From IMG/VR virus record IMGVR_UViG_3300025018_000454, positions 1 to 28,693 of that record: DNA of 28,693 nt. One strand, given 5' to 3'. This DNA is from a virus (taxonomy: Duplodnaviria; Caudoviricetes). The position numbers and the translations under genes were made by a program. Below the pieces are notes generated by a model. It worked only from the letters and a program-made list of their open reading frames with translations, was not told the DNA's origin and searched no databases. Positions 18,130-25,035 of the stretch are shown one piece after another. How positions within the stretch are numbered: the first letter of the stretch is position 1; the number at the start of each line of letters is the position of its first letter.

Positions 18130-19424
18130 TAATCCCGGCTAAGCGCGCCATAGTTGAACCCGATCTTTTCAAATTCTGTATCAGCGACAATGAACGTATC
18201 GCACTTAACGCTATCATTGAACACGGCACCGCTCGTGCCGGTAGTGCAGCACTCGGCAAGAACAACGGTTACTGTTGAAAAAAACTCTCTCAAGTTAAGA
18301 AACGCGCCAAACGCGACAAAAACATTACCAGTCCCAGCGACACACCAGTTCCATCGCAAGAACCGCTTGCTGCACGTCAAGAACGACGCTTACGTGACGA
18401 AATGGCGCGGTTGAAGCGCGAGCGCGACCAAGCCAATCGTGAAGCAAACCAAGCAGAGGACTTACGAACTCAGGTGTTTGGTCTTGGCAAAGCATTTGAA
18501 CCAATAGATTACCCCCTACCGTTCGTTGGAGACGACGCCGACGGTGCTGAGATCGCATTGCTTTTTCAAAGCGATGAACAATGGGGTGAAGTGATCAAAC
18601 GGGAGGAAATGGGCGGTCTTAACGCATACAACCGAGAGATTGCGTCCGCTCGATACAAACGTCTCATTGAAACAACTATCAAATGCTGCCTGCCACCACA
18701 CAGTGCGTCCGCACCACCAAACTTCTATTATCTGATGGGCGGCGACAGTTTGTCCGGTTCGATCCATGAAGAACTGGCTGAAACGAACGACCTGTCAAGC
18801 ATTCCGGCAGTCAAGGACTATTGCAGTCATGTCCGATGGGGCATTGAGACACTGAAGCGAGAATTGGGCTGTCCGATCCGTGTGATTCGTGTGCCGGGTA
18901 ATCACGACAGGCTCACCAAGAAACCGCGACACAAGGGTTATAACGAACACAGTCTCGACACAATCATATCATGGCACCTTGAGATGTTGTTCGAGAATGA
19001 TCCAGATGTTACGTTTTTCATACCTGCTGAAAATGATGCGTATTTTCAAGTTTATGATTACAACTTCCTGCTGACTCATGGTGACATGATGGGGACAGGT
19101 GGTGGCACTGGCTACATTGGTGCGGTTGCTCCGATTACAAAAGGGCATCGCAAAATGGTCGAGACATATCTGCAAGCAGGCAAGCCGGTTGACTACGTGC
19201 TCACCGGACACTTTCACACAGCGGTTGAAACGGAATATGGTTTCGGTAACGGCTGCTTGCCTGGTTTTAGCGAATATGCACGACTTAAGATAAGGGCCAA
19301 GCCGTCCGCACCAGTTCAATGGCTCTTGCATATTCACCCTGACCACGGTGTGACAACACGCCGACAAATCATGGTTGCAGCACCTGACGAGGGTGATCTG
19401 TATCAGCCACGGAGAGCGATATGA
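18126..19424 (+). CDS. HTH plus calcineurin-like metallophosphoesterase, interrupted by in-frame TGA at 18276-18278 (catalytic ORF 18402-19424 intact)
   Basis: ATG 18126 (ATGA overlap) is in frame with 18402 with one stop at codon 51; motifs SDEQWGE, GGD, GNHD, THGD, GHFH. Confidence 0.8.
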
Positions 19425-19684
19425 TCGAGCAGGCATTGGCGATCTTTCTCACTAGTTTTGCATTCATCTTTTTGAAGGCTTGGCAGCAACTCAATGTCGT
19501 TCACCATCAAATCTGGTGGATCATACCGACCAGTTTCTGTTTATCGGTGTGTGAGGTCTATCTGATTGTGCAAGCAGCCGCCAACGGAGTGAGTTGGATC
19601 GTCCTGCCGTTGGGTTTCGGATCAGGTTTGGGCTGTCTTGCGTCGATGATTCTGCACCGGTGGCTTCGAGAGCGTCTTACATGA
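19421..19684 (+). CDS. Small multi-pass membrane protein
   Basis: 87 aa, about 3 hydrophobic segments, GGAG RBS, ATGA coupling on both sides. Confidence 0.75.
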   Translation: MIEQALAIFLTSFAFIFLKAWQQLNVVHHQIWWIIPTSFCLSVCEVYLIVQAAANGVSWIVLPLGFGSGLGCLASMILHRWLRERLT

Positions 19685-19797
19685 AACTGCTTATCCTTGG
19701 TCACGGGCGTCACGGGAAGGACACAGTTGCCGAATACCTGCGCGACCATGAAACGCATGTTCTATGTAGCGCGAGGCGCGCTCTGCATCGAAGCTAA
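19681..19797 (+). pseudogene. Truncated deoxynucleoside monophosphate kinase (N-terminal P-loop only)
   Basis: MKLLILGHGRHGKDTVAEYLRDH is a phage dNMP kinase-type start; the frame ends at 38 aa. Confidence 0.8.
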
Positions 19798-19810
19798 CAA
19801 TATCAGCCAT
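19691..19810 (-). pseudogene. Truncated early gene MADIVSFDAERASRYIEHAFHG...
   Basis: TGATG-coupled start with GGGGGAAGGG upstream; after about 22 codons it reads into the antisense of the kinase fragment. Confidence 0.5.
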
Positions 19811-19854
19811 CACCCTTCCCCCTGCGCTGCGGCAATCAGTTCGTCGTCAGTCAT
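19810..19854 (-). pseudogene. 14-aa collapsed ORF MTDDELIAAAQGEG
   Basis: Overlap-coupled at both ends; reads like a gene start joined to a gene end. Confidence 0.35.
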
Positions 19855-19990
19855 CGCGTTGCTCATTCACAAACCATTTAGGATGCCGCAGCCGCGTCAG
19901 TTCCTGAGATCGTGCTTCGTATTTACACATAGGCTCGATGCGGCCATGATGCCAGCGAGAGGGCTGACGGGTTGAGCGGTGGTCGATCAT
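19847..19990 (-). CDS. 47-aa hypothetical protein MIDHRSTRQPSRWHHGRIEPM...
   Basis: ATGA overlap with upstream stop; GGGAG RBS. Confidence 0.5.
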   Translation of the reverse strand: MIDHRSTRQPSRWHHGRIEPMCKYEARSQELTRLRHPKWFVNEQRDD

Positions 19991-20673
19991 TGGTTGGCTC
20001 CCAGATCAAGCCCTGTAATCTTGGTGAATACAGCTGCATCGTATCCTGGCAGGTCACGAACCTGCTGGATTTCTTCTGGCGTGGCAGTGGCTTTTGCTTT
20101 GCGCCATTCTTCGATCCAGTCATTCCTGCGTAGATAGCCGTCTGTAGTCTTGTGATCAGGATGATCATTCTTCTCGTCGTCGGTCATATCAGCGACAGGA
20201 ACCCACGTCACAGGCGATGGTCTGGACAACCAATCGGGACAAGCACTCAAAAACGCTTGACGATCTTTTACGCTTTTAAGTGCAGGGCCGTTAAATGCGC
20301 CCGCCATGCAGTCTTTTGTGTTGAAGAAACCAGTGCAATAATTGCCTGTGTTCCAGTCGCCCATGTTACAGTTACCGGTGTTCCGGTTGCCAGTATTCCA
20401 GTCGCCAGCGTTCCAGTCGCCAGTGTTATAGTCGCCTGTGTTCCGGTCGCCAGTGTTCCAGTAGCCAGTATTCCGGTAGCCAGCATTCCATCTGCCAGCG
20501 TTGCCGTTGCCTGTGTTCCCGTCGCCAGCGTTGCCGTTGCCTGTGTTCCCGTCGCCTGTGTTCCGGTCGCCAGTGTTCCATTTGCCAGCGTTGCCGTTGC
20601 CTGTGTTCCCGTCGCCAGTGTTCAAGTAGCCTGTGTTCCCGTCGCCAGTGCTGGTATCAGTGTCAGTCATCAT
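19987..20673 (-). CDS. Pentapeptide-repeat ((T/A)GxxN) protein with a phage-type C-terminal domain
   Basis: AGGAGA RBS with ATG options at 20676/20673/20670; 22 repeats then W...MTDDEK..HP..GYL...LPGYDAAVFTKITG. Confidence 0.85.
   Translation of the reverse strand: MMTDTDTSTGDGNTGYLNTGDGNTGNGNAGKWNTGDRNTGDGNTGNGNAGDGNTGNGNAGRWNAGYRNTGYWNTGDRNTGDYNTGDWNAGDWNTGNRNTGNCNMGDWNTGNYCTGFFNTKDCMAGAFNGPALKSVKDRQAFLSACPDWLSRPSPVTWVPVADMTDDEKNDHPDHKTTDGYLRRNDWIEEWRKAKATATPEEIQQVRDLPGYDAAVFTKITGLDLGANQ
20320..20649 (-). repeat. Coding tandem array of 22 x 15-bp units
   Basis: Exact 30-bp copies of GCCAGCGTTGCCGTTGCCTGTGTTCCCGTC at 20494, 20524 and 20584. Confidence 0.92.
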
Positions 20674-20792
20674 CATTCTCCTATAATCGCCAGCCCGAAC
20701 GCGAGCGCGAAGGCTGCGAGGGTGATTGGCACGGTCCACAGCTCGCTGCGGTGGGTGGTGCAGAGCAGGTAAAAGGCTTCCCGAATGGTCAT
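20673..20792 (-). CDS. 39-aa single-TM peptide MTIREAFYLLC...LAAFALAFGLAIIGE
   Basis: TGATG coupling at both ends; hydrophobic C-half; not in the ORF track. Confidence 0.55.
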   Translation of the reverse strand: MTIREAFYLLCTTHRSELWTVPITLAAFALAFGLAIIGE

Positions 20793-20899
20793 CACATCAG
20801 CCCCAATTTGTCAGCAGCGCGCAATCCGATGACAACGGACAGGACAAACATTGCAATCATGGCTGCGATAATCAGCCGCGCTTCAATTTCTTGGTTCAT
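20792..20899 (-). CDS. 35-aa single-TM peptide MNQEIEARLIIAAMIAMFVLSVVIGLRAADKLGLM
   Basis: ATGA coupling; GAAGGTG RBS; one TM segment; not in the ORF track. Confidence 0.6.
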   Translation of the reverse strand: MNQEIEARLIIAAMIAMFVLSVVIGLRAADKLGLM

Positions 20900-21243
20900 T
20901 CGTCACCTTCCCATTCTGCGTTAATTATGTCGCGCTTCTCTTTGGGCATCGCCGCCAGTTCATCGCAAGCCGCTGCGATGTTCGGAAACTTGTCCGCATC
21001 AGACGCTTCCACGGGACGCGCAAGCTTGTGCAGGCGGAGATCACGCTCGGCGGCTGCAATGTGGCCGTGCGGTTCCTTGAGTAGCGTGTCGCCCCACATT
21101 TCCAGCCAATTGAGAACGGCAGACTGCGGGTTGGTTCCATAACCACAGAGCGCGTCTAGGACATAATCACCAAGCGTTGCGACAAATCGCGAGTCCGCCA
21201 ATGGGCTGCGCGTTTCTTCAACGGTGAATGAAAACCGCATCAT
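20896..21243 (-). CDS. Hypothetical early protein
   Basis: Start reassigned to ATG 21243/21240 (ATGA overlap, GGAG upstream). Confidence 0.65.
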   Translation of the reverse strand: MMRFSFTVEETRSPLADSRFVATLGDYVLDALCGYGTNPQSAVLNWLEMWGDTLLKEPHGHIAAAERDLRLHKLARPVEASDADKFPNIAAACDELAAMPKEKRDIINAEWEGDE

Positions 21244-21554
21244 GCCACGCACTCCGCATGGAGAACGCGATATTCGCGCAGCAATTTGCCAGCTAAGTCG
21301 TGAATAGTGACGCGGTTGATCGTGTCGAACGGGATGGGCTTTTCGGAATTGGTGCCACTGACGTATTTCGTCACGCTGGTGTCTGTCACGCTGCATATAT
21401 AGCCAGCACAATAGTGCGCCCACTCGTTTGCAGGATCTCCCAATTCATGCGGCTGCGCGCAATGAATATGGACCATTTCGCTGCCCATATGCGCGCGTTC
21501 GGCATAGGGCTGGAAAAAATCGGCCAGTTCGGCGCGGGTGAGAATGTCGGACAT
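21240..21554 (-). CDS. Hypothetical first leftward early protein
   Basis: Strong AAAGGAGGT RBS; 104 aa; no HTH or S24 peptidase motif. Confidence 0.75.
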   Translation of the reverse strand: MSDILTRAELADFFQPYAERAHMGSEMVHIHCAQPHELGDPANEWAHYCAGYICSVTDTSVTKYVSGTNSEKPIPFDTINRVTIHDLAGKLLREYRVLHAECVA

Positions 21555-21588
21555 TAAAAACCTCCTTTAGTGCCGTTGTGTTGCGCAT

Positions 21589-21670
21589 GATATTGCACAT
21601 TAGCAAAGCCCTTGCAATAGCATTTGTGCAAAAATATTGCTTGCAGGCATTAGGGTGTTTGTTTATCAAG
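21589..21670. promoter_or_regulatory. Divergent early promoter/operator region 1
   Basis: AT-rich; inverted operator-like boxes TTGCACATTAGCAA (21593-21606) and TAGCATTTGTGCAA (21618-21631) flank palindromic TTGCAA (21612-21617). Confidence 0.6.
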
Positions 21671-21675
21671 CTGGT

Positions 21676-21864
21676 ATGAATATGCACCAACAGCTCGTTG
21701 CCGACATAGAGGCATTCTGCAAAGCCAATGAGATTAGCGGCGCTAAGTTCGGCGAATTGTCTGTAGGCGATGCGTCATTCTGGTGGAAGGTTTCACGCGG
21801 TCGCCAACCAACGCTTTCAACCTATGAAAAGGTGCGCAACTTCATGGATGGCTATAAGCTGTGA
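21676..21864 (+). CDS. Cro-like HTH regulator (alphaproteobacterial type)
   Basis: L..DIEAFC.....S...FG..SVGD..F...V..GR.P.L.T..KVR.FM pattern. Confidence 0.8.
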   Translation: MNMHQQLVADIEAFCKANEISGAKFGELSVGDASFWWKVSRGRQPTLSTYEKVRNFMDGYKL

Positions 21865-21916
21865 GCGCCTCAATCATATTCGATTTCGTTACGGGCACAC
21901 TGCCCAATCATATTGC

Positions 21917-22025
21917 GCACGGGCCTATCTCCTCCCGTGCCGGGGCGCGGTCAAACCCCTCTCCCATGACCGCGCCCCAACCAGTTTCGGGAGCCGTAGT
22001 CCGCCCCTTCGGCTGCGGTTCCCGA
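21917..22025 (+). ncRNA. Candidate structured RNA: three tandem hairpins with C/U-rich loops
   Basis: Stems of 7, 12 and 15 bp (the third has three G-U pairs on the + strand); loops CCTATCTCCT, AACCCCTCTCCCA, CGCCCCTTC. Confidence 0.6.
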
Positions 22026-22042
22026 TCCCTGAAAGGTCAACC

Positions 22043-22372
22043 ATGAACACGCACCGCTATTCGCACTTCAGCACAAAACATGCGCAAGTTTGCTTTCAGT
22101 GCGGCGCACGTTATGGCCGCTGCGATCATACGCGCCAAAACAACCCAAACGATTGGGGTAACATTAACCTTGAGCGAAGGCGCTATTACAGCGCACAGCA
22201 CAAACACTGGCGCACTAGCGATGTCGAGACACTGCGTCGGCTCTGGAATGATCTTGGCATGACTAGCACCGAGATTGGAGAGATAATGGGCCGTTCCCGC
22301 GCTTCTGTTTGCTCGGCAGCGCGGCGATTCGGGATGGACGAACGGCCTAGCGCCATAGGGAAAAAGCCTTGA
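22043..22372 (+). CDS. GcrA-like HTH protein with N-terminal CxxC-x5-CxH motif
   Basis: GAAAGG RBS; W...DVETLRRLW..GMTSTEIGEIMGRSRASVCSAARRFGM matches the GcrA DNA-binding domain pattern. Confidence 0.72.
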   Translation: MNTHRYSHFSTKHAQVCFQCGARYGRCDHTRQNNPNDWGNINLERRRYYSAQHKHWRTSDVETLRRLWNDLGMTSTEIGEIMGRSRASVCSAARRFGMDERPSAIGKKP

Positions 22373-22539
22373 GGCGATATGGGAACAAAACCCGCACCCG
22401 AAAAGACAAACGCATTGCTGCGCTTCAATTCGTGATCTTATCCGAAAAGCCAAATAGCGATAAAGTTGCGATCCTTGTTGCGTCCTACGGATTCACACAA
22501 AGCGAAGCTGAAAAATTCGTTAGCGAGCATTCACTATGA
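22369..22539 (+). CDS. 56-aa hypothetical protein MRRYGNKTRTRKDKR...
   Basis: Fills the gap exactly with TTGA and ATGA overlaps; not in the ORF track. Confidence 0.55.
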   Translation: MRRYGNKTRTRKDKRIAALQFVILSEKPNSDKVAILVASYGFTQSEAEKFVSEHSL

Positions 22540-22952
22540 ATTGGGATGACTTGGAAGCCCCGCTTTACCCGGATGCGACATTTTACATAGAGCCGCCTGA
22601 TGATGGTCATGCAACCGAGATTGAACGAGTCGTAGCGTTCCGCAAAGCATTGCGCCAAGTCATGCCAAAAGCCCGTGTTATCGCTGTTCCCAATGCAGGA
22701 AAGCGGGGGCAAGTAGCTATCAATAGGGCAAAAGCTGAAGGGGCGTCATGGGGCTTCCCAGATATAATTGTTCTGGAAAAAGACCGGGTGGCGTTCCTTG
22801 AGTTTAAGAACGGCAAGAGGAAACCCGCAAATCATCAAATAGATCAGATGAATTGGCTGGACGCAAACGGATTTAATGTTGCCTGCGTTCGCACTGCGCA
22901 AGGCGCTGTGGCGCGTCTTGAGGCGTGGGGTTGGTTCTCTAAGCCAGCTTGA
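22536..22952 (+). CDS. VRR-NUC domain nuclease (Holliday-junction resolvase-like)
   Basis: AVPNAG, G...GFPDI, FLEFK, Q..Q...L...GF.VAC. Confidence 0.9.
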   Translation: MNWDDLEAPLYPDATFYIEPPDDGHATEIERVVAFRKALRQVMPKARVIAVPNAGKRGQVAINRAKAEGASWGFPDIIVLEKDRVAFLEFKNGKRKPANHQIDQMNWLDANGFNVACVRTAQGAVARLEAWGWFSKPA

Positions 22953-23139
22953 CCGCGTAAACTTCCCAATCGTGACATGTGAGGCTCCAGCGCAGATTAT
23001 GCGCGATATCGGTGTGCTTTTTGTCAATACACCCATTGGCAAATTGCACCACCAGGCGCGTTCCCTCTGGCAAATTGTCAGGGAACGCGCCGGGGGTTTG
23101 TGAAAGCCGGGATGCGTTTCGATTATGCCGCCACTCCAA
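22939..23139 (-). CDS. Small hypothetical protein (start uncertain)
   Basis: Open frame PGAFP..RLVVQFANG..LRWS..DWEVYAVKLA; TTG start assumed. Confidence 0.4.
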   Translation of the reverse strand: MEWRHNRNASRLSQTPGAFPDNLPEGTRLVVQFANGCIDKKHTDIAHNLRWSLTCHDWEVYAVKLA

Positions 23140-23351
23140 ACATATCGCCAAGGCTCTTGTCAGCCTCTTGCAAGTTACGTGCTGCGATAGCTGCGTATTC
23201 CGGCTTGAGTTCAAAGCCGAGATATTTGCGCATCATCTTAAGAGCGACGTAGCCAGTCGAGCCAATCCCATTGAACGGGTCAAGCACTACGTCACCGGGC
23301 TTGCTATAGAGCCGTAGGCAATTCTCTATCGTATCAAGCTGCAACGGACAG
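23123..23351 (-). pseudogene. C-terminal fragment of an N4/N6 (beta-class) DNA methyltransferase
   Basis: CPLQLDTIENCLRLYSKPGDVVLDPFNGIGSTG...GFELKPEY (SAM-binding part); catalytic SPPF/DPPY half and a credible start are missing. Confidence 0.85.
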
Positions 23352-23501
23352 GCGCAGCGCAAAGTCGAGCGCAGCTCGCTGGTGAGCCTTGGCCATAGGG
23401 TTTATTTCATGGGGTTCAAATCCCTGCATGCGCGATGCCACGGCCCGCGATGCCACGGCCCGCGATGCAATAAATGCGCGGTATCTTTCAATCTCGGTCA
23501 T
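23334..23501 (-). pseudogene. N-terminal fragment of a probable SF2 helicase
   Basis: ATGA-coupled to the exonuclease; YRAFIASR..GFEP..INP....HQRAALDFALR resembles a Q-motif region; stops before Walker A. Confidence 0.6.
23431..23468 (+). repeat. 15-bp tandem duplication CGCGATGCCACGGCC x2.5
   Basis: Exact repeat; encodes ASRAV-ASRAV-ASR on the minus strand. Confidence 0.85.
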
Positions 23502-24364
23502 GACAGCCTCCAGAACCGCGAAGCCTTGCCCCTGTAAGGCTCAAAATCGACGTCCCCGCAATGGTCCTTCGCAACACGCGCCCATGCAATTGCCCCTTCG
23601 CGCTCTACAAGCGTTAGCTTGCGTCCTGCAATCAGCGCATTGCGATCGCCTGCTAGTGACACAAGGCTATCTATCAAGTTACGCTTGCGTTCCAACAACG
23701 CCTCAATATTCGCATTGACCTTTTCCCAATCGGCAATGAGGCTTTTTGCCTCTGGCGTATCAATCACCGGGTGGCGAGGTTCAAGGTGTTCGGGGTTGTC
23801 AATCTCGCTCAAAAACTCGGCATGAAACTGGCGCAAGCGGGGAATGTTGCTGTCAACCCAATCTTGATCGACCTTGGCGATTTCCAGCTTTGTCTCGTTA
23901 ATCGTCCATTGGAAGAAGTGCCACCATTGTCTTTGCGTCACCCATAGTGTGAATTGCACCTGGTCGTAATAGTGCGGCTGTTCGGCAAGCGTCTTGAACG
24001 GCACGGGACAATGCGCCGTGCGTATCCCGAAAGGGCATTTGATCTCTATGCCGCCGTCCTTGCCGACAAGCCCGTCAGGCGATGCACCTGCCCAATCCTC
24101 GCGTTCCACAAAGCCGATAGCTTTGACATCGTGCATGGTTTTCAGTTTGTAGTCGATAATCGCCCCGGCTTCGTTTTGCGTTCCCCAATCGGTTGCTACA
24201 TTGCCTTGAAATTCGCGATCTGCGCCGTGATATTCGCGAACCATACCGCGCATAACATCTTTGCGGCTGCGGTGGGGCGAATGCCCTAGGATAGCGCCGA
24301 CATTGCTGGCAGTAACGCGGCCCCGGCGCGCTTCAAACCAAGCTTCGCTTCGTTGTTCCATCAC
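23498..24364 (-). CDS. YqaJ / lambda-exonuclease-like recombinase nuclease
   Basis: EQRSEAWFEARRGRVTAS, GASPDGLV, IEIKCP, YYDQVQ. Confidence 0.93.
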   Translation of the reverse strand: MMEQRSEAWFEARRGRVTASNVGAILGHSPHRSRKDVMRGMVREYHGADREFQGNVATDWGTQNEAGAIIDYKLKTMHDVKAIGFVEREDWAGASPDGLVGKDGGIEIKCPFGIRTAHCPVPFKTLAEQPHYYDQVQFTLWVTQRQWWHFFQWTINETKLEIAKVDQDWVDSNIPRLRQFHAEFLSEIDNPEHLEPRHPVIDTPEAKSLIADWEKVNANIEALLERKRNLIDSLVSLAGDRNALIAGRKLTLVEREGAIAWARVAKDHCGDVDFEPYRGKASRFWRLS

Positions 24365-24459
24365 TTAACTTCCCTATTGAGGACCACATCCCGTCGCATT
24401 GAAGGCTGATTCCAGTCGCGTAGCCGCCGCAACTGCAAGGTTGCGCGCAGGGGATGCCA

Positions 24460-25035
24460 TTAAAACGGTATGTCATCATCCAAGTCGCCCGCCGCGCTGT
24501 TAGTCGGCTTCGGCGGCTTTGCGTCCTTGACAATCAATTCCGTGCCTTCACATGGCAGGACATTCTGCACCCAATTGCCAGACATTAATTCGCCGTTTGA
24601 GCCTTTCATTTCCCAAACTTGAAGCACGATCACCATCAGCTTGTCTTGCAGCGCAATCGCCAAATCGTCGTCGGTCGGCTCGGTGCCTTTTGCAGCAAGC
24701 TTGCCGCCTGCAATCGCGTCAATCTTGATTAAAAGATGCTTGGCCTTGTCCCTCTTTTCATCTGGTTTTTTGGCGTTCGGATCATAGCTTTTGACCCATA
24801 GCTTCTGAAATACCACGCGATTTGCCACGCTTTCAGGCTTCACCACGTCCCAGCGTAGCTCCACATACCATTCGCCGTTCGGGGTATCTTTCCACTTGGC
24901 TTCCTTGATAAAAGCGCGAACAACAGACCCCGCCGGGATCAGCTCAATGTCGTTCGTGGGCGGATCATACTTTTGCGCTTCTTCGCGGGTTTGTGCAGCA
25001 AGGTTTGTGCCGCTCGATGTGCTCCAAAAACTCAT
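24460..25035 (-). CDS. DUF669-like single-stranded DNA-binding protein
   Basis: IPAG, RVVFQKLWV, acidic DLDDDIPF C-terminus. Confidence 0.8.
   Translation of the reverse strand: MSFWSTSSGTNLAAQTREEAQKYDPPTNDIELIPAGSVVRAFIKEAKWKDTPNGEWYVELRWDVVKPESVANRVVFQKLWVKSYDPNAKKPDEKRDKAKHLLIKIDAIAGGKLAAKGTEPTDDDLAIALQDKLMVIVLQVWEMKGSNGELMSGNWVQNVLPCEGTELIVKDAKPPKPTNSAAGDLDDDIPF

Noticed and set aside
18273-18330. Cys-UGA as a selenocysteine codon
   Set aside because: The downstream sequence is A-rich with no SECIS-like hairpin, and the position is in an HTH-like region
20320-20649. Possible CRISPR array or DGR template/variable repeat
   Set aside because: The 15-bp period is in-frame coding with no spacers; variation is not adenine-specific; no cas or reverse transcriptase gene is present
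20152-20772. 206-aa + strand ORF with VPVAS repeats
   Set aside because: Antisense shadow of the pentapeptide gene, which has the RBS and operon coupling
21861-22046. 61-aa ORF as a functional protein
   Set aside because: Coupled overlaps suggest it may be translated, but the Pro/Ser/Gly-rich sequence is explained by the underlying hairpins, so it was not called as a CDS
24374-24460. 28-aa minus-strand ORF between SSB and exonuclease
   Set aside because: Has a TAATG overlap but no recognisable features; insufficient support
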